DNA of 64,000 nucleotides, taken from NCBI GenBank assembly GCA_038087875.1, contig CM075987.1, positions 27,034,001 to 27,098,000 on the forward strand, written 5' to 3'. The notes under the pieces were generated by a model. That model was not told the DNA's origin. It saw only the letters and a list, made by a program, of their open reading frames with translations, and did not search any database. Source of the stretch: Malacoraja senta (lineage: Eukaryota). Positions 35,543 to 48,202 of the stretch are shown in pieces. Position numbers and translations under genes: made by a program. The stretch's first letter is position 1; each line of letters begins with the position of its first letter.

Positions 35543-35700
35543 TGGGCCTGTCCCACTTACGCGACTTTTTCGCCCAAAGAGTCGTACCTTGTTCTGGTCG
35601 CCGCTGGATTTTCAACATGTTGGAAATTTTCGGAGACCTGCAACGATCTATGACGGGTGCCGGCAGTCGCCGAAAAAGTCGCGTAAGTGGGACAGGCCCA
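35543..35700. mobile_element. PIF/Harbinger-like MITE, 158 bp
   Basis: Perfect 30-bp TIR TGGGCCTGTCCCACTTACGCGACTTTTTCG; TAA on both flanks. Confidence 0.88.
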
Positions 35701-38437
35701 TAAGCAAATAATTTCCCTGCACCTAAATATAAGTGAGAATAAAGTGACTGTGGATTGAATGATTGAACCAGGGTGCAATGAAAGTCCTTGTTTGCAGGGG
35801 GTTACAGAGTAAACGGTACACCTACACTCATGCAAGAAGCAATAATGAATGCAACAACCAACGCTAAACAGCAGAGTGGTGAAAAGAATGTGGTGCAATG
35901 TGAAGTCTTGCAAAAAAATAATTGGATCATCGAGAGTCAGGCTCACTTTGTTGTTGGTCGAGAATGAGCCAAGAAATATTGGCAGCAAGCCTGCATAATA
36001 ATGAGGACAGGGCCGACTATGGTGTATAACCTAAAGAGAGAAACATATACTGGATTAACAGTTATGGCTCTACATAATCTAGTGTCCTCCTGATCTTTTC
36101 AACATGTTGCCTGAGGCACTGGCAGAGATAGAGAGTCTCATGTTTATGAGGTATCTAGATGTCACCAATTCCTTCTCCCCAGAGATGCTGCCTGACCCGC
36201 TGAGTTACCCCAGCATTTTGTGTCTATCTTCGATTCGCCCCCTTGTCACCCTCCCCTCAGCTAACAATGATCCATTCCACATTTTCCTTGATGTTCATCC
36301 CCTTTGATCTGTCATTTTCACATCTTACCCTTCCATATCTCTGTGTCTCCCTCTCCCCCGATTCTCAGTCTGAAGAAGGGTCTCGACCCGAAACATCACC
36401 CATTCCTTCTCAGCCTGTCCCGCTGTGTTACACCAGCGTTTTGTGTCTCTTTGGTGCAAACCAGCATCTGCAGTTCCTACCAATACATATCTACACTAGC
36501 ACTTGTATTGGCAAGGCTTGGAAAGCTACAGACCAAGTAGTGATAAATGTGGTTAAAATACATCCTGCTTGATGGACACTGATATCGTTGTTTGATGGAA
36601 CCTGTTCAGTACAGTTTGATTCTATGATTCATTCAAGAACCAGAGGACATAGGTTTATGATGAGGGGTATTTAAAGATAGAAAGATTTAATAGGTACCTG
36701 AAGGGTTACCTTTTTACAGAGAGGGTGGTGAGTGTATGGAACAAGCTGCTGGAGGAGGTAGTTGCGGCAAATACTAGCATAACGTTTAAGAGACATATGG
36801 ACAGTTAGGTGGATTGGATAGGTTTGGAGGAATATGGGCCAAGCATGGACAAGTTGGAATGGTGTATATGGGACATGGGACATATTAGCTGGTGTGGGCA
36901 AAATGGGCTGAAGGGCCTGTTTCCACGCTGTATGATGCTATAACTCCAGGAAATTAATGGTAGACAAAAATGCTGGAGAAACTCAGCGGGTGAGGCAGCA
37001 TCTATGGAGAGAAGGAAATAGGTGACGTTTCGGGTCGAGACCCTTCTCCAGGAAATTAATTGCAATTCTTATTTCCACCCAATTCAACATTATTTCCACC
37101 ATGTCAGGATTCCTCTTGTTGCCTCTTGCACTATTACCCAACCTCAGAAAGACGCAATGTAGAAACAAAGAACTGCAGATGCTGGTTTATACCAAAGATA
37201 GACACAAACTGCTGGAGTAACTCAGCGGGTCAGGCAGCATCTCTGGAGAACATGGCTTGAGTCCAAAGACGTACAAGTTTGTCGGCTAATTGGCTTCGGT
37301 AAAATTGTAAATTGTCCCTACTGTGTGAGTTTGAGTTTGAGTTGAGTTCAGTTTAGTTTATTGTCACGTGTACCGAGGTACAGTGAAAAGCTTTTGTTGC
37401 GTGCTAACCAGTCAGTGGAAAGACAATACATGATTACAATCGAGCCGTCCACAGTGAACAGATACATGATAAAGGGAATAACGTGAAGACCATTTAGTGC
37501 AAAGTAAAGTCCGTAATGTTTGATGGTCCCTGGTGAGGTAGATGAGGTAGATAGTAGTTCAGGACTGCTCTCTGGTTGTGGTAGGATGGTTCAGTTGCCT
37601 GATAACAGCTGGGAAGATAAAGCCAATAAAGTTTGATCAAAGCTAGTCCAAGGGTCTGCAATGAGGCAGATAGTAGTTCAGGATAGATGACGTTTTGTGT
37701 TGGGACCTGTCTTCAGACCAGAAGAAGAGTCCCGACCCGAAACGTCACCCGTCCTTTTTCTCCAGAGATGCTGCCTGACCCGCTGAGTAACTCCGGCGCT
37801 CTGTGTCTGTCTAGAAAAGCCATTCCTGTGGCCTGAATCTATGCAAGTTGATTTTTGGGCGCATCTATATCCACTCAGCGCCCACTTCTACCCCTTCTCC
37901 AGCGGTGAGTAAACACTCCACCATTCCTGACTTCCATATCGCTGAAACATTGTCTTCCCCAAGTAGAAACAAGGAACTGCAGGTGCTAGTTTACCCCCCC
38001 CAAAAAAAGCACAAAGTGTTGGAGTAACTCAGCAGGTCGGGCAGCATCTCTGGGGAACGTGGATAGGTGACGATTCGGGTCGGGACCCTTCTTCAGACTG
38101 CTTTGGATCGTGCTGTGCGGTGAGTGGTAACAAATGTTTGTCCGTTCACAGAATCACTGCCCAATCTGTGCACAAGCAACATGAAAATGTCCATCCGTTA
38201 CCCTGCCGCGCTTTGTCCTGCCTCTCCACAATCAGTCTGAAGAAGGGTCTTCAGACTATTCCATCTCTCCTGAGATGCTGCCTGACCCGCTGAGTTCCTC
38301 CAGCATTTTGTGTCCATCTTTGGTGCAAACCAGCATCTGCAGTTCCTTCCTACACATTATCCTTGTCATGATACTTATGTGTATCATTAAGGTCACTCTT
38401 CATTCTTCCAATACTTACCAATATAGATCTCATCTCT

Positions 38438-38741
38438 TTAGTTCAGTTTAGTTTAGTGATACAGCGCAGAAACGGGCCCTTCGGCCCACCGAGTCCGCGG
38501 CGACCAGCGATCCCAGCAACAGTAACACGTTCCTATACACACTAGGGACAATTCACACTTACACCAAGCCAATTTGCCTACAAACCTGCACGTCTTTGGA
38601 GCGTTGGAGGGAACCGAAGATCTCGGGGGAAAAAACCCAACGCAGGTCCTTTACAGACAGCACCCGTAATCGGGATCGAACCCGGGTCTCCGGCGCTGTA
38701 AGCGATGGAAGGCAGCAACTCTACCGCTGCTCCACCGTGCC
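38438..38741 (-). mobile_element. HE1-type V-SINE
   Basis: Family consensus match. Confidence 0.82.
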
Positions 38742-39307
38742 ATTTGAAATTGGACAACCTTCTCATTCCATGAGTTAACCTGCTCAATCCCTTCTTGTCT
38801 GCCAGTATATTGTGTCTGGTGTAACTGATGGAACCTGGGCTCAAGCTGAGAGCCGCCTGCTGTCGGTGATTAATCCCAATCTGTTTCCCAACGTCATCCC
38901 ACTTAGCATTCAGATTCTTCGCTAATGTGTCATCTTCAATGTGCCCGCTCCTCAATGCTTAACCTTTGTCCTGTCTCATTCCCTCTCCCATTCTAACCTT
39001 ATGCACCTGGTGCTCCAGCGAGCATCAGGGCTTATATATCACCGTAGACTCTCATTCCCACGGGTAGTGAGTTATTCCAGCATTTTGTGTCTATCTTTGC
39101 TTGTAAGAAGATTCAGTGTAAAATCGGGCAAAAGGTACAGAAGTGTGAAAACTCACTCCTCCAGATTCAGGGACAGTTTCTTCCCAGCTGTTATCAGACA
39201 ACTGAATCCCGGGATGGCGGGACTGTCATATGCTGAGAGAATGGAGCAGCTGGGCTTGTATACTCTGGAATTTAGAAGGATGAGAGGGAATCTTATTGAA
39301 ACATGTA

Positions 39308-40237
39308 CAGTGCATTCTGAAAGTATTCAGACCCCTTCACTCTTTCCACATTTTGTTACATGACAGCCTTATTCTAAAATGGATTCAATTCTTTATTTTT
39401 TTTTATCAACAATCTACACATAATACACCATAATAAAAATGTGAAAACTGGTGTTTAGAAATTTTTGCAAAGTAATTAAAAAGAAATAACTGACATATCA
39501 CATTTACATAAGTTTTCAGACCCTTTACTCAGTACTATGTTGAGGCACCTTTGGCAGCGATTACAGCCTCAAGTCTACTTGGGTATGACACTACAAGCTT
39601 GGCACACCTGTATTTGGGTAATGTCTCCCATTCTTCTCTGCAGATCTTCTCAAGCTCTGTCAGGTTGGATGGGGAGCGTCGATGCACAGCTATTTTCAAG
39701 TCCCTCCAGAGATGTTCGATCGGATTCAAGTCCGGGTTCTGGCTGGGCCACTCAAGGACATTCACAGACTTGTCACGAAGCCACTCCCGCGTTGTCTTGG
39801 CTGTGTTGTCTCGACACAATCCTGTCTCGGAGGTCTACGGACAATTCCTTCGTCTTCATGGCTTGGTTTTTGCTCTGACATGCACCAACAACTGTGGGAC
39901 CTTATATAGACAGGTGTGTGCCTTTCCAAATCATGTCCAATCAATTTAATTTACCACTGGTGGACTCCAATCAAGTTGTAGAAACATCTCAAGGATAATC
40001 AATGCAAACAGGATGAACCTAAGCTCAATTTTGAGTGTCATAACAAAGGGTCTGAATACTTATGTAAATGTGATATTTCAGTTCTTTCTTTTCAACACCT
40101 ATTTTTGCTTCTTCATTCTGGGGTATTGTGTGTAGATAGATGATAAAATTAATGAATTTAATCCATTTTAAAATAAGGCTGTAACGTAACAAAATGTGGA
40201 ACAAGTGAAGGGGTCTGAATACTTTCTGAATGCACTG
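39308..40237 (-). mobile_element. Internally deleted Tc1 transposon, 930 bp
   Basis: TA TSD; TIRs CAGTGCATTCWGAAAGTATTCAGACCCCTTCAC; N-terminus MKTKELSVDLRDRIVSR joined directly to TAKTTREWL...WPSQNPDLNPIEHLW. Inserted into CR1. Confidence 0.93.
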
Positions 40238-40788
40238 TAAGATTATTAAGGGTTTGGACACGCTAGAGGCAGGAAACATGTTCCTGATGCTGGGGGAGTC
40301 CAGAACCAGGGGCCACAGTTTAAGAATAAGCGGTAAGCCATTTAGAACGGAGATTTTTCACACAGAGAGTTGTGAGTCTGTGGAATTCTCTGCCCCAGAG
40401 GGCGGTGGAGGCCGGTTCTCTGGATACTTTCAAGAGAGAGCTAGATAGGGCTCTTAAAGATAGTGAAGTCAGGGGATATGGGGAGAAGGCAGGAACGGGG
40501 TACGGATTGGGGATGATCTGCCATGATCACATTGAGCGGTCACAGGGAGAACGAACAAACTCTGTACAGACAGCACCCGTAGTCAGGATTGAACCCAGGT
40601 CTCTGGCGCTGTAAGGCTGCAACTCACAGAGTCATAGGTTCATAGAGTGATACAGTGTGGAAACAGCCCTTCGGCCCAACATGCCCACACCGGCCAACAT
40701 ATCCCAGCTACACTAGTCCCACCTGCCTGCGTTTGGTCCATATCCCTCTAAACCTGTCCTATCCATGTACCTGTCTAACTGTTTCTTA

Positions 40789-42394
40789 CAGTGGCTTGCA
40801 AAAGTATTCATACCCCTTGAACTTTTCCACATTTTGTCACGTTGCAACCACAAACGTAAATGTATTTTATTGGGATTTTATGTGATAGACCAACACAAAG
40901 TGGCGCATAATTGTGAAGTGGAAGGAAAATGATACATGGTTTTCAAATTTTGTTACAAATAAAAAACTGAAAAGTGTGGCGTGCAAAAGTATTCAGCCCC
41001 CTTTACTCTGATACCCCTAAATAAAATCCAGTGCAACCAATTGCCTTCAGATGTCATCTAATTAGTAAATAGAGTCCACTTGTGTGTAATCTAATCTCAG
41101 TATAAATACAGCTGCTCTGTGAAGGCCTCAGAGGTTTGTTAGAGAACATTAGTGAACAAACAACATCATGAAGCCCAAGGAACACACCAGACAGGTCAGG
41201 GATAAAGTTGTGGAGAAGTTTGAAGCAGGGTTAGGATATAAAAAAATATCCCAAACTTTGAACATCTCATGGAGCACTGTTCAATCCATCATCCGAAAAT
41301 GGAAAGAGTATGGCACAACTGCAAACCTACCAAGACATGGCCGTCCACCTAAACTGACAGGCCGGGCAAGGAGAGCATTGATCAGAGAAGCAGCCAAGAG
41401 GCCCATGGTAACTCTGGAGGAGCTGCAGAGATCCACAGCTCAGGTGGGAGAATCTGTCCACAGGACAACTATTAGTCGTGCACTCCACAAATCGGACCTT
41501 TATGGAAGAGTGGCAAGAAGAAAGCCATTGTTGAAAAATGGCAAATTTGCAGTTTGCCACAAGCCATGTGGGGGACATAGAAAACATGTGGAGGAAGGTG
41601 CTCTGGTCAGATGAGACCAAAATTGAAGTTTTGGGCCTAAATACAAAACGCTATGTGTGGTGGAAACCTAACACTGCACATCACCCTGAACACACCATCC
41701 CCACTGTGAAACATGGTGGTGGCAGCATCATGCTGTGGGGATGCTTTTCTTCAGCAGGGACAGGGAAGCTGGTCAGAGTTGATGGGAAGATGGATGGAGC
41801 CAAATACAGGGCAATCTTGGAAGAAAACCTGTTAGAGTCTGCAAAAGACTTGAGACTGGGGCGGAGGTTCACCTTCCAGCAGGACAACGACCCTAAACAT
41901 ACAGCCAGAGCTACAATGGAATGGTTTAGATCAAAGCATATTCATGTGTTAGATTGGCCCAGTCAAAGTCCAGACCTAAATCCAATTGAGAATCTCTGGC
42001 AAGACTTGGAAATTGCTGTTCACAGACGCTCTCCATCCAATCTGACTGAGCTTAAGCTATTTTGCAAAGAAGAATGGGCAAAAATTTCAGTCTCTAGATG
42101 TGCAAAGCTGGTAGAGACATACCCCCAAAGACTTGCAGCTGTAATTGCAGCGAAAGGTGGTTCTACAAAGTATTGACTCAGGGTGGCTGAATACATTTGC
42201 ACGCGACACTTTTCAGTTTTTTATTTGTAAAACAATTTGAAAACCATGTATCATTTTCCTTCCACTTCACAATTATGCACCACTTTGTGTTGGTCTATCA
42301 CATAAAATCCCAATAAAATACATTTACGTTTGTGGTTGTAACGTGACGAAATGTGGAAAAGTTCAAGGGGTAAGAATACTTTTGCAAGCCACTG
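40789..42394 (+). mobile_element. Near full-length Tc1 transposon (IR/DR type), 1606 bp
   Basis: TA TSD; about 210-bp TIRs beginning CAGTGGCTTGCAAAAGTATTC, with an inner direct repeat TGCAAAAGTATTCA. Inserted into a CR1 3' end. Confidence 0.96.
41168..42176 (+). pseudogene. Tc1 DD34E transposase with one frameshift near 41535-41547
   Basis: ORFs 41168..41614 and 41538..42176: GRPPK linker, WSDETK, QQDNDPKH, SPDLNPIE; 34 residues between the second D and E. Confidence 0.93.
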
Positions 42395-43209
42395 TAAATG
42401 TTGGGATAGTCCCCACCTCAACTACCTCCTCTGGCAGCTTGTTCCATACACCCACCACCTTATGTGTGAAAGAGTCACCCCTCAGATTCCTATTAAATCT
42501 TTTCCCTTCACCTTAAACCTATGTCCTCTGGTCCTCGATTCATGAGAGGAATGCATCTACCCGATCTATTCCTCTCATGATTTGATACACCTCTACAATA
42601 TAACTCTATTGCTGCGCCACCGTGCCGCCCCAAGTAAGTTCTAACTAATCTTTGTAAAGCGTTTATTTGTCCTGGAAGGTGAAAAGGATGATAAGCAATG
42701 TTTATTCCACTGCAGATACTGATGTCCCTTTTATTCTAATGTGTATGTGAGCCAATTCATGTGTTTCTTGATGATTACATTTTTATTTAAATAATCTCAC
42801 AATCTTCTTGCTAATGAGATTTAGAACATTAGTTGCAGTTGTCCTTGCTCAATCTGTGAGACAAATTGGAATCGTTAAAAAGATGGTTAGTCACACATGA
42901 GAGAGGTGGGGGGGGGGGTGTGGGGTAGCTGCGATATTTAAATCCCATTCCCAACAAAATAGAATTGTGTCCTTGCAATGAAGTGATGGCTGGATGAATT
43001 TTGTGAAGAGGTCGGAAGAGAGGGATAGCCACGAGAGATGCGCGAAGAACAAGGTGAATAGGGAGCACTTCTGAACAGAGTATCACGCGTATCATAAGGT
43101 CATAAGTGATAGAAGCAGAATTAGGCCAATCGGTCCATCGAGTCTGCTCCGCCATTCAATCATGGCTGATCTATCTCTCCCTCCTAACCCCATTCTCCTG
43201 CCTTCTCCC

Positions 43210-43352
43210 TTCTTCTTCCCCTTGCGTGTGGCGTGCACAGCCTAATGTTGTAGGACAACTTGTTCTATTTGATCTTATTTGATTGTGCACGCCAGGTTGA
43301 TTGCATTCGTCGAAACAGGGCGGACCACGTGAAGGTTGCAATCTCCCACCCC
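43210..43352 (-). mobile_element. Short retroposon, family A copy 1 (HDV-like ribozyme head, (GAA)n tail)
   Basis: 12-bp TSD CTGCCTTCTCCC (43198-43209, 43353-43364) inside a CR1 3'UTR; near-identical to 53876-54018. Confidence 0.9.
43299..43352 (-). ncRNA. Predicted minimal HDV/CPEB3-like self-cleaving ribozyme (54 nt)
   Basis: GGGGUGG-GA-GAUUGCA-ACC-UUCACGU-GGU-CCGCCCU-GU-UUCGA-CGAA-UGCAAUC parses as P1, J1/2, P2, P3, L3, P3', P1', P1.1, mini-P4, J4/2, P2'. Confidence 0.82.
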
Positions 43353-44098
43353 CTGCCTTCTCCCCATAACCCCCGACACCCGTACTAATCAAGAATCTAT
43401 CTATCTCTGCCTTCAAAATACCCATTGACTTGGACCTCCACAGCCTTCTGTGCCAAAGATGTCCACAGATTCACCACCCTCTGACTAAAGATATTCCTCC
43501 TCATCTCCTTCCTAAAGGTACGTCCTTTAATTCTGAGGCTGTGACCTCTAGTTCTATTTCCGCGCTGCATCTCAAAGCTAAACTAAACTAAATGTAAAAT
43601 CCCAGCTCCCTTGGGCCACACACGATTCCAGCAGGGTAAAACCATCATCTATTACATTGGTGTGGTACATCATAATACAACGTTGGTTGTCTCTCCTGTG
43701 GAAAGGCGATTGCTATTATTGCACTCCTGCTGTGAACAGGAGTCGAAATCACATCCAGAAGAATAAATACACTTGTTTAGGAATTATTCTTTGAGAGAGC
43801 GGTGTGTGGAATCGATGCAATCATGGCTTCTGGGATGTAAACACAAACAGATGTGGCGTGCTCTGTACATCACTCCAAGGCCACACAAAGATGGGTCTCT
43901 TAGAAGAGTCGGGTTCAACTGGTCTGGCAGGATAGTCGAACATAAAACAAAAAGAACAGAAAATGCTGCAAGTTCTGACAAAGTGTCCAGGACCCAAAGT
44001 ATTAACTCCTTCTCTTTCCACAGATGCTGCCGAACCTGCTGGGTGCTTCCGCAATTTTTACCTTTTACAGACGGGTATTATCCTGGCCAGTCATGGCA

Positions 44099-44408
44099 AC
44101 ACAGTGGAGCAGCGGTAGAGTTGCTGCCTCACAGCGCCACAGACCCGGGGTTAGATCCTGACTACGGGTGCTGTCTGTGAGGAGTTTGCATGTTCCCCCT
44201 GTCACCTGCATGGGTTTTGTCCGGGTGCTGCGGTTTCCTCCCACACTCCAAAGGCGGACAGGCTTGTAGGTAAATTGGCTTCTGTAAATTGTAAATTGCC
44301 GCCAGTGTGTGCAGGATAGCGTTAGTGTTCGGGGTAATCGCTGGTCGGCGCGGACCCGGAGGGCCGAAGTATCAATGTATCGCGTGGTATCTCTAGACTA
44401 AACTAAAC
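44099..44408 (+). mobile_element. HE1-type V-SINE
   Basis: Family consensus match. Confidence 0.82.
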
Positions 44409-45418
44409 CCGGTCCTGACTACAGGTGCTGTCTGTGTGGAGTTTTCACGTTCTCCCGGTGCACGCGTGGGTTTTCTCCGGGTGCTTCAGTTTCCTCGCAC
44501 ATTCCAAAGACCAGAAAGGGGGCTGCAGGTTAAATGTGTCGGAAGGAACTGTAGACGTTGGTTTAAACCGAAGATAGACACAAAAAGCTGCAGTAACTCA
44601 GCGGGACAGGCAGCATCTCCGGAGAAAAGGAATGGGCGACGTTTCACATTGAGTTCAAGGTTAATTGGCCTTGGGAGTAGATGAGAAAGTGGGATAACAT
44701 AGAACTCGTGTGAACAGGCGATCGATGGTTGGCGTGAACTCAGTGAGCCGAAGGGCCTATTTCCACGCTATACAGTATATCTAAACTAAACGTCATTGTG
44801 GAACTATGGTCACTTGTTAAGGGAAACTCATTTTTCTCCTGTTCACACGTCAAAGAACCATCTTCAGTAGGTCCCCTGGTTGGAACACCTTGGAGGTCTC
44901 CGTTAAGAAAGAGCTTCCATTTGTGTAGCAACTTCTCAGTGTTTCACTGTAAAAAGCCCTATTGATGTGTTTGAGAAGGAACTGCAGATGCTGGAAAAAT
45001 CGAAGGCAGACAAAAGTGCTGGAGAAACTCAGCGGCTGAGGCAGCATCTGGAGAAACTCAGCGGCTGAGGCAGCATCTGGAGAAACTCAGCGGCTGAGGA
45101 GCGAAGGAATAGGTGACGTTTCGGGTCGAGACCCTTCTTCAGATTGATGTGGGGGTGGGAAGAAGAAAGGAAGAGGCGGAGACAGTGGACTGCGGGAGGG
45201 GGGGGCAGTGAGGGAGGAGGCTGTTAAACTGTCTTCGGAGAGAGGAGGAGAACTTCTTCATACCTTGAGGAGATTTCGCAGTGGAGTAGACAAAATGTAG
45301 TAAGTTTGAAGCCAGTGAAATGCAGTGGAAAGAAAATGTGTACAGGCAGGTTACACAAAGGGCAGAAAAATAATGTTCATTTATTTCCTATTAGTAATAA
45401 CTGTGCCGTGTGTGATAT

Positions 45419-45710
45419 GATGGCGCAGCGGTAGAGTTGCTGCCAGAGACCCGGGTTCGATCCTGACTACGGGTGCTGTCTGTACGGAGTTTGTACCTTC
45501 TCCTCGTGACCTGCGTGGGTTTTCTCCGAGATCTCTGGTTTCCTCCCAAACTCCAAAGACCTACAGGTTTGCAGGTCAATTGGCTTGGTAAGGATTGTAA
45601 ATTGTCCCCAGAGTGTGTGTAGGATAGTGTTAGCGTGCGGGAATCGCTGGTCGGTGCGGGCTCGGTGGGCCGAAGGGCCTGTTTCCACGCTGTATCTCTG
45701 AAGTCTAAAG
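45419..45710 (+). mobile_element. HE1-type V-SINE
   Basis: Family consensus match, with A and B boxes. Confidence 0.85.
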
Positions 45711-45890
45711 TCTTAAGTCTATGTGGATGAACTATTAGGAAGTAATTAAAATAAGACCTACTTTTTAAATTCTTCACTTCAGGTAGAAATAACAGTTCTG
45801 CTTGTGCAATGCCATACATTTGTTTTACAGAAAATGCCATATGAAGATACTGAATCCATCTATTTTTCACACAAAATCATCTAAAAACAA

Positions 45891-46076
45891 TGGTCCTGTC
45901 CCACTTAGGCGATTCGTTAGGCGACTGCCATGGACTCGTTTTCACGTACGACACCTGGCGACAATCTACGGCAGCAAAAATCGTCGCCAATGTCGCCCCA
46001 AAAATTTCAACATGTTGAAAATTTTGCGGCAATCGCCTGTAGTCGCCCAAAAAATCACCTGTGTGGCACAGGCCCT
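45891..46076. mobile_element. PIF/Harbinger-like MITE
   Basis: Degenerate TIRs GGTCCTGTCCCAC and GTGGCACAGGCCC; interior resembles 12378-12560. Confidence 0.7.
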
Positions 46077-46382
46077 TAAAGTTTGTGTCACAGACTATTA
46101 TAAGCGAGCGTTTCAAAGATCCAGTCTTACACTCATTATATAGCTTTCCAGGGTTAACACGATACAGTTTAATTCCACTGCTGGGTTTTACACGGGGGGC
46201 AACCATGTAAACAGCTCGTTGCTTGATCAAGCAAATCATTTTCCAAAACCAAATTTATGAAGTGGCAAATATCATTAGCATCTCTCATGTTGATTTGTCG
46301 GTGTTGAAGCTGTGAATGTTTAGTGCATTTTACGGTGCGTTAATGCAGCAAATGTACAGTGCATTTGGAGTCAAGAGAAAAG

Positions 46383-46658
46383 GGTGGCACAGCGGTAGAG
46401 TTGCCCGAGACCCGGGTTCGATCCCGACTGCGGGTGCTGTCTGTACGGAGTTTGCACGTTCTCCCCGTGACCTGCGTGGGTTTCCTCCCACACTCCAAAG
46501 GCGTACAAGTGTGTAGGCTAATTGGCTTGGTGTAAAAATGTGAAATTGTCCCTAGTGTGTGTAGGACAGTGTTAGTGGGCAGGGATCGCTGGTCGGCGCG
46601 GACTCAGTGGACCGAAGGGCCTGTTTCCACACTGTATCTCCAAACTAAACGAAACTAA
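46383..46658 (+). mobile_element. HE1-type V-SINE
   Basis: Family consensus match. Confidence 0.85.
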
Positions 46659-48202
46659 AACCAAGGAACCCAGAAAGGTCATAAAATACCCCATAATTAC
46701 AAAATCTCTTAGTTCTAAACTAGGAACTGCAGATGCTGGTTTATGCTGAAGATAGAAACAAAATGCTGGAGTAACTCAGTGGGTCAGGCAGCATCTCTGG
46801 AGAAAACGAGTGGGTGATGTATCGGGTTAGAACCCTTCGTCAGGCGGCCTTCGACATTCTCCAGGCCTTTATAGTGACAGTTTAATTCCCCCTTCCCTTG
46901 GCCCACCTCTACTTTCAGTCTGACCATCGTCACATTCCTGCGCTGTGCGGTTCTCTGCGGGCAGGAAGGAACCGCAAATGCTGGTTTCAATCGAAGATAG
47001 ACATGAAATGCTGAAGTAACTCAGACTGATGCATGTTGTCAGAATTCTGTGTGATTTTTAATATTAAGAAAAATAAATATTCAAGATTCAAATGTCAGTC
47101 AAAGTTGCAGTCAATAGAACAGCTGATTGTTGTGTAGGAAGGAACTGCAGATGCTGGTTTGCACTGAAGATAGACACCAAATGCTGGAGTAACTCAGCGG
47201 GACGGCTCGGAATCTCCAAAGAAAGTGGAATCAGGAACTTGTCTCACATTCAGAACCACAGCCTGACCCTCTCCCTAAAGGAAGAAGGGTCTCGGTCCGA
47301 AACGTCACCCATTCCTTCTCTCCAGAGATGCTGCCTGTCCTGCTGAGTTACTGTTAATAGAGTGTTTAATACTCCAGCTTTTTGTGTGTATCTTCTTTCA
47401 TTTCTGTTCAATCCCCCTTTTCATTAGCCAACCCCATCAACCTATCCATTCAGGTATTCTCCTTGCGCTTCCTCAAGATGAAGATCCTCTCTGACACTCC
47501 CCTACCCTGTAGCTGTGCTGCCCATTCATTCAGAAGATATTTACAAAGAGGCTGAAATACTATTAAGTAACACACGTCCACTTGAAGGATGAGTATTTGC
47601 ACCAACGTTGTCATTGTTTCTCATTCATCAGGTCACAATTGACACTTAGCAGCCAAGAAGCTCTACGTTAAGAATCTGTCTTCTGCTAACACAAGATAGA
47701 CACAAAATGCTGGAGGAACTCAACGGGACAGGCAGCATTTCTGGAGAGAAGGAATGGGTGTTATTTCGGTTTGAGACCCTTCTGAAGGGTCTCGACCTGA
47801 AACGTCACCTATTTCTTCTCGCTGCCTGTCCCTGCTGAGTTCTTCTAGCATTTTGTATCTAGCGTCGGTGGAAACCAGCATCTGCAGTTCCTTCTCTACA
47901 CATTTCGTGCTAACACTATCTACTTCTGTCAATTCTGTCTCGATTGTGACCGTTGGTCGACGTGGACTCGGTGGGCCTAAGGGCCTGTTTCCGCGCTGTA
48001 TCTCCAAACTACACATTAAATTAAACAGCAGAGGTAAATGGTGCTAATGGTCTTATTTGGTTACAGTCAGCAATGATTGCATGTTGGGAAAGAAAGAAGC
48101 TTCAACAGAAGTTAAAATTATGACTAGAAGCAAGGGTGAAATAATGGAAGAAGTGTTTAGGAAGGAACTGCAGATGCTGGTTTAAACCAAAGCATTATAT
48201 TG

